A stretch of 64,000 bases of DNA. It comes from Eledone cirrhosa. Lineage: Eukaryota. The notes beneath the pieces were generated by a model. That model ran no database searches. It saw nothing but the letters and a program-made list of their open reading frames with translations, and was not told where the DNA came from. Of the stretch, positions 61,961 to 64,000 are shown in pieces; position 1 is the first letter of the stretch, and each line of letters starts with the position of its first letter. The stretch covers positions 344,410,001-344,474,000 of the forward strand of contig OZ024743.1 in assembly GCA_964016885.1 (NCBI GenBank), written 5' to 3'. The position numbers and the translations under genes are program-made.

Positions 61961-62450
61961 GGCTCGTGTGCTGTATAAGATTATCTAGCACCTTGGGGGC
62001 TTTGTAGCTGAGTATTTTCTCGCTGTTATTTAGAGGCTAAGTCTAAATACATTCTACGGACTGTTTAACCGTATTCGTATATAGACCACCTAAAAGTAGA
62101 TTACATCTCTAGTTACCAACATTTAGAGGATGTCTATATATGTCTAGTTTAACATATGCAAGCAGTGTCTTTTCTTCTTCAGTGATTTTTGTATGTTGTA
62201 AATGCAAATCAAAATTGAAAAAATAAACCCCATTTAATGTTTGTTATGTCACGCTTCATTTGTTCATTTAGAGTTTAATGTGTTGTATTTTGATTTCTTA
62301 CCGACATTATACTACTAAACAACATTCCAGAGTTGATAATGTAATAGTAAAATCAGTTATTCTAATACGAATTTTCTTTCAGCTGAAGTATTCTCTCAAA
62401 GTGCTAGTACTTTTCGAACAATACGTACGTATATATACAAAGGTTTACGC

Positions 62451-64000
<1,550 letters not shown>

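Overview
AT-rich, microsatellite-saturated animal DNA; the SINE families strongly suggest an octopus/cephalopod genome. No host protein-coding gene could be supported, and almost all listed ORFs are microsatellite translations or retroelement fragments. The window is a retroelement graveyard that partitions by microsatellite type. (1) Penelope-like elements (a Naiad-like RT-GIY-YIG copy, two Neptune-like copies) and non-coding hammerhead-ribozyme (HHR) repeats sit at (TA)n. (2) Tx1/L1-clade LINEs, Dong/R4 fragments and tRNA-derived SINEs sit at (TAA)n. (3) A near full-length R4/Dong-type LINE and bipartite RTE derivatives sit at (TATG)n. The main signal is a hammerhead ribozyme/retrozyme system: a 310-bp tandem array folded into a giant inverted repeat with an intact type I HHR in every complete unit (1-2324), a second 428-bp retrozyme (49166-50241), about ten further HHR loci including long-stem-II and U3-A8 variants, and eight fold-back insertions with the same geometry. 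Other highlights: a 5S rRNA-headed chimeric SINE (11522-11749), a 3' tail shared between the SINE and the Tx1 LINEs, and Penelope 3' ends that wrap round into the element's own start codon. All calls were made by eye and coordinates of degenerate elements are approximate.
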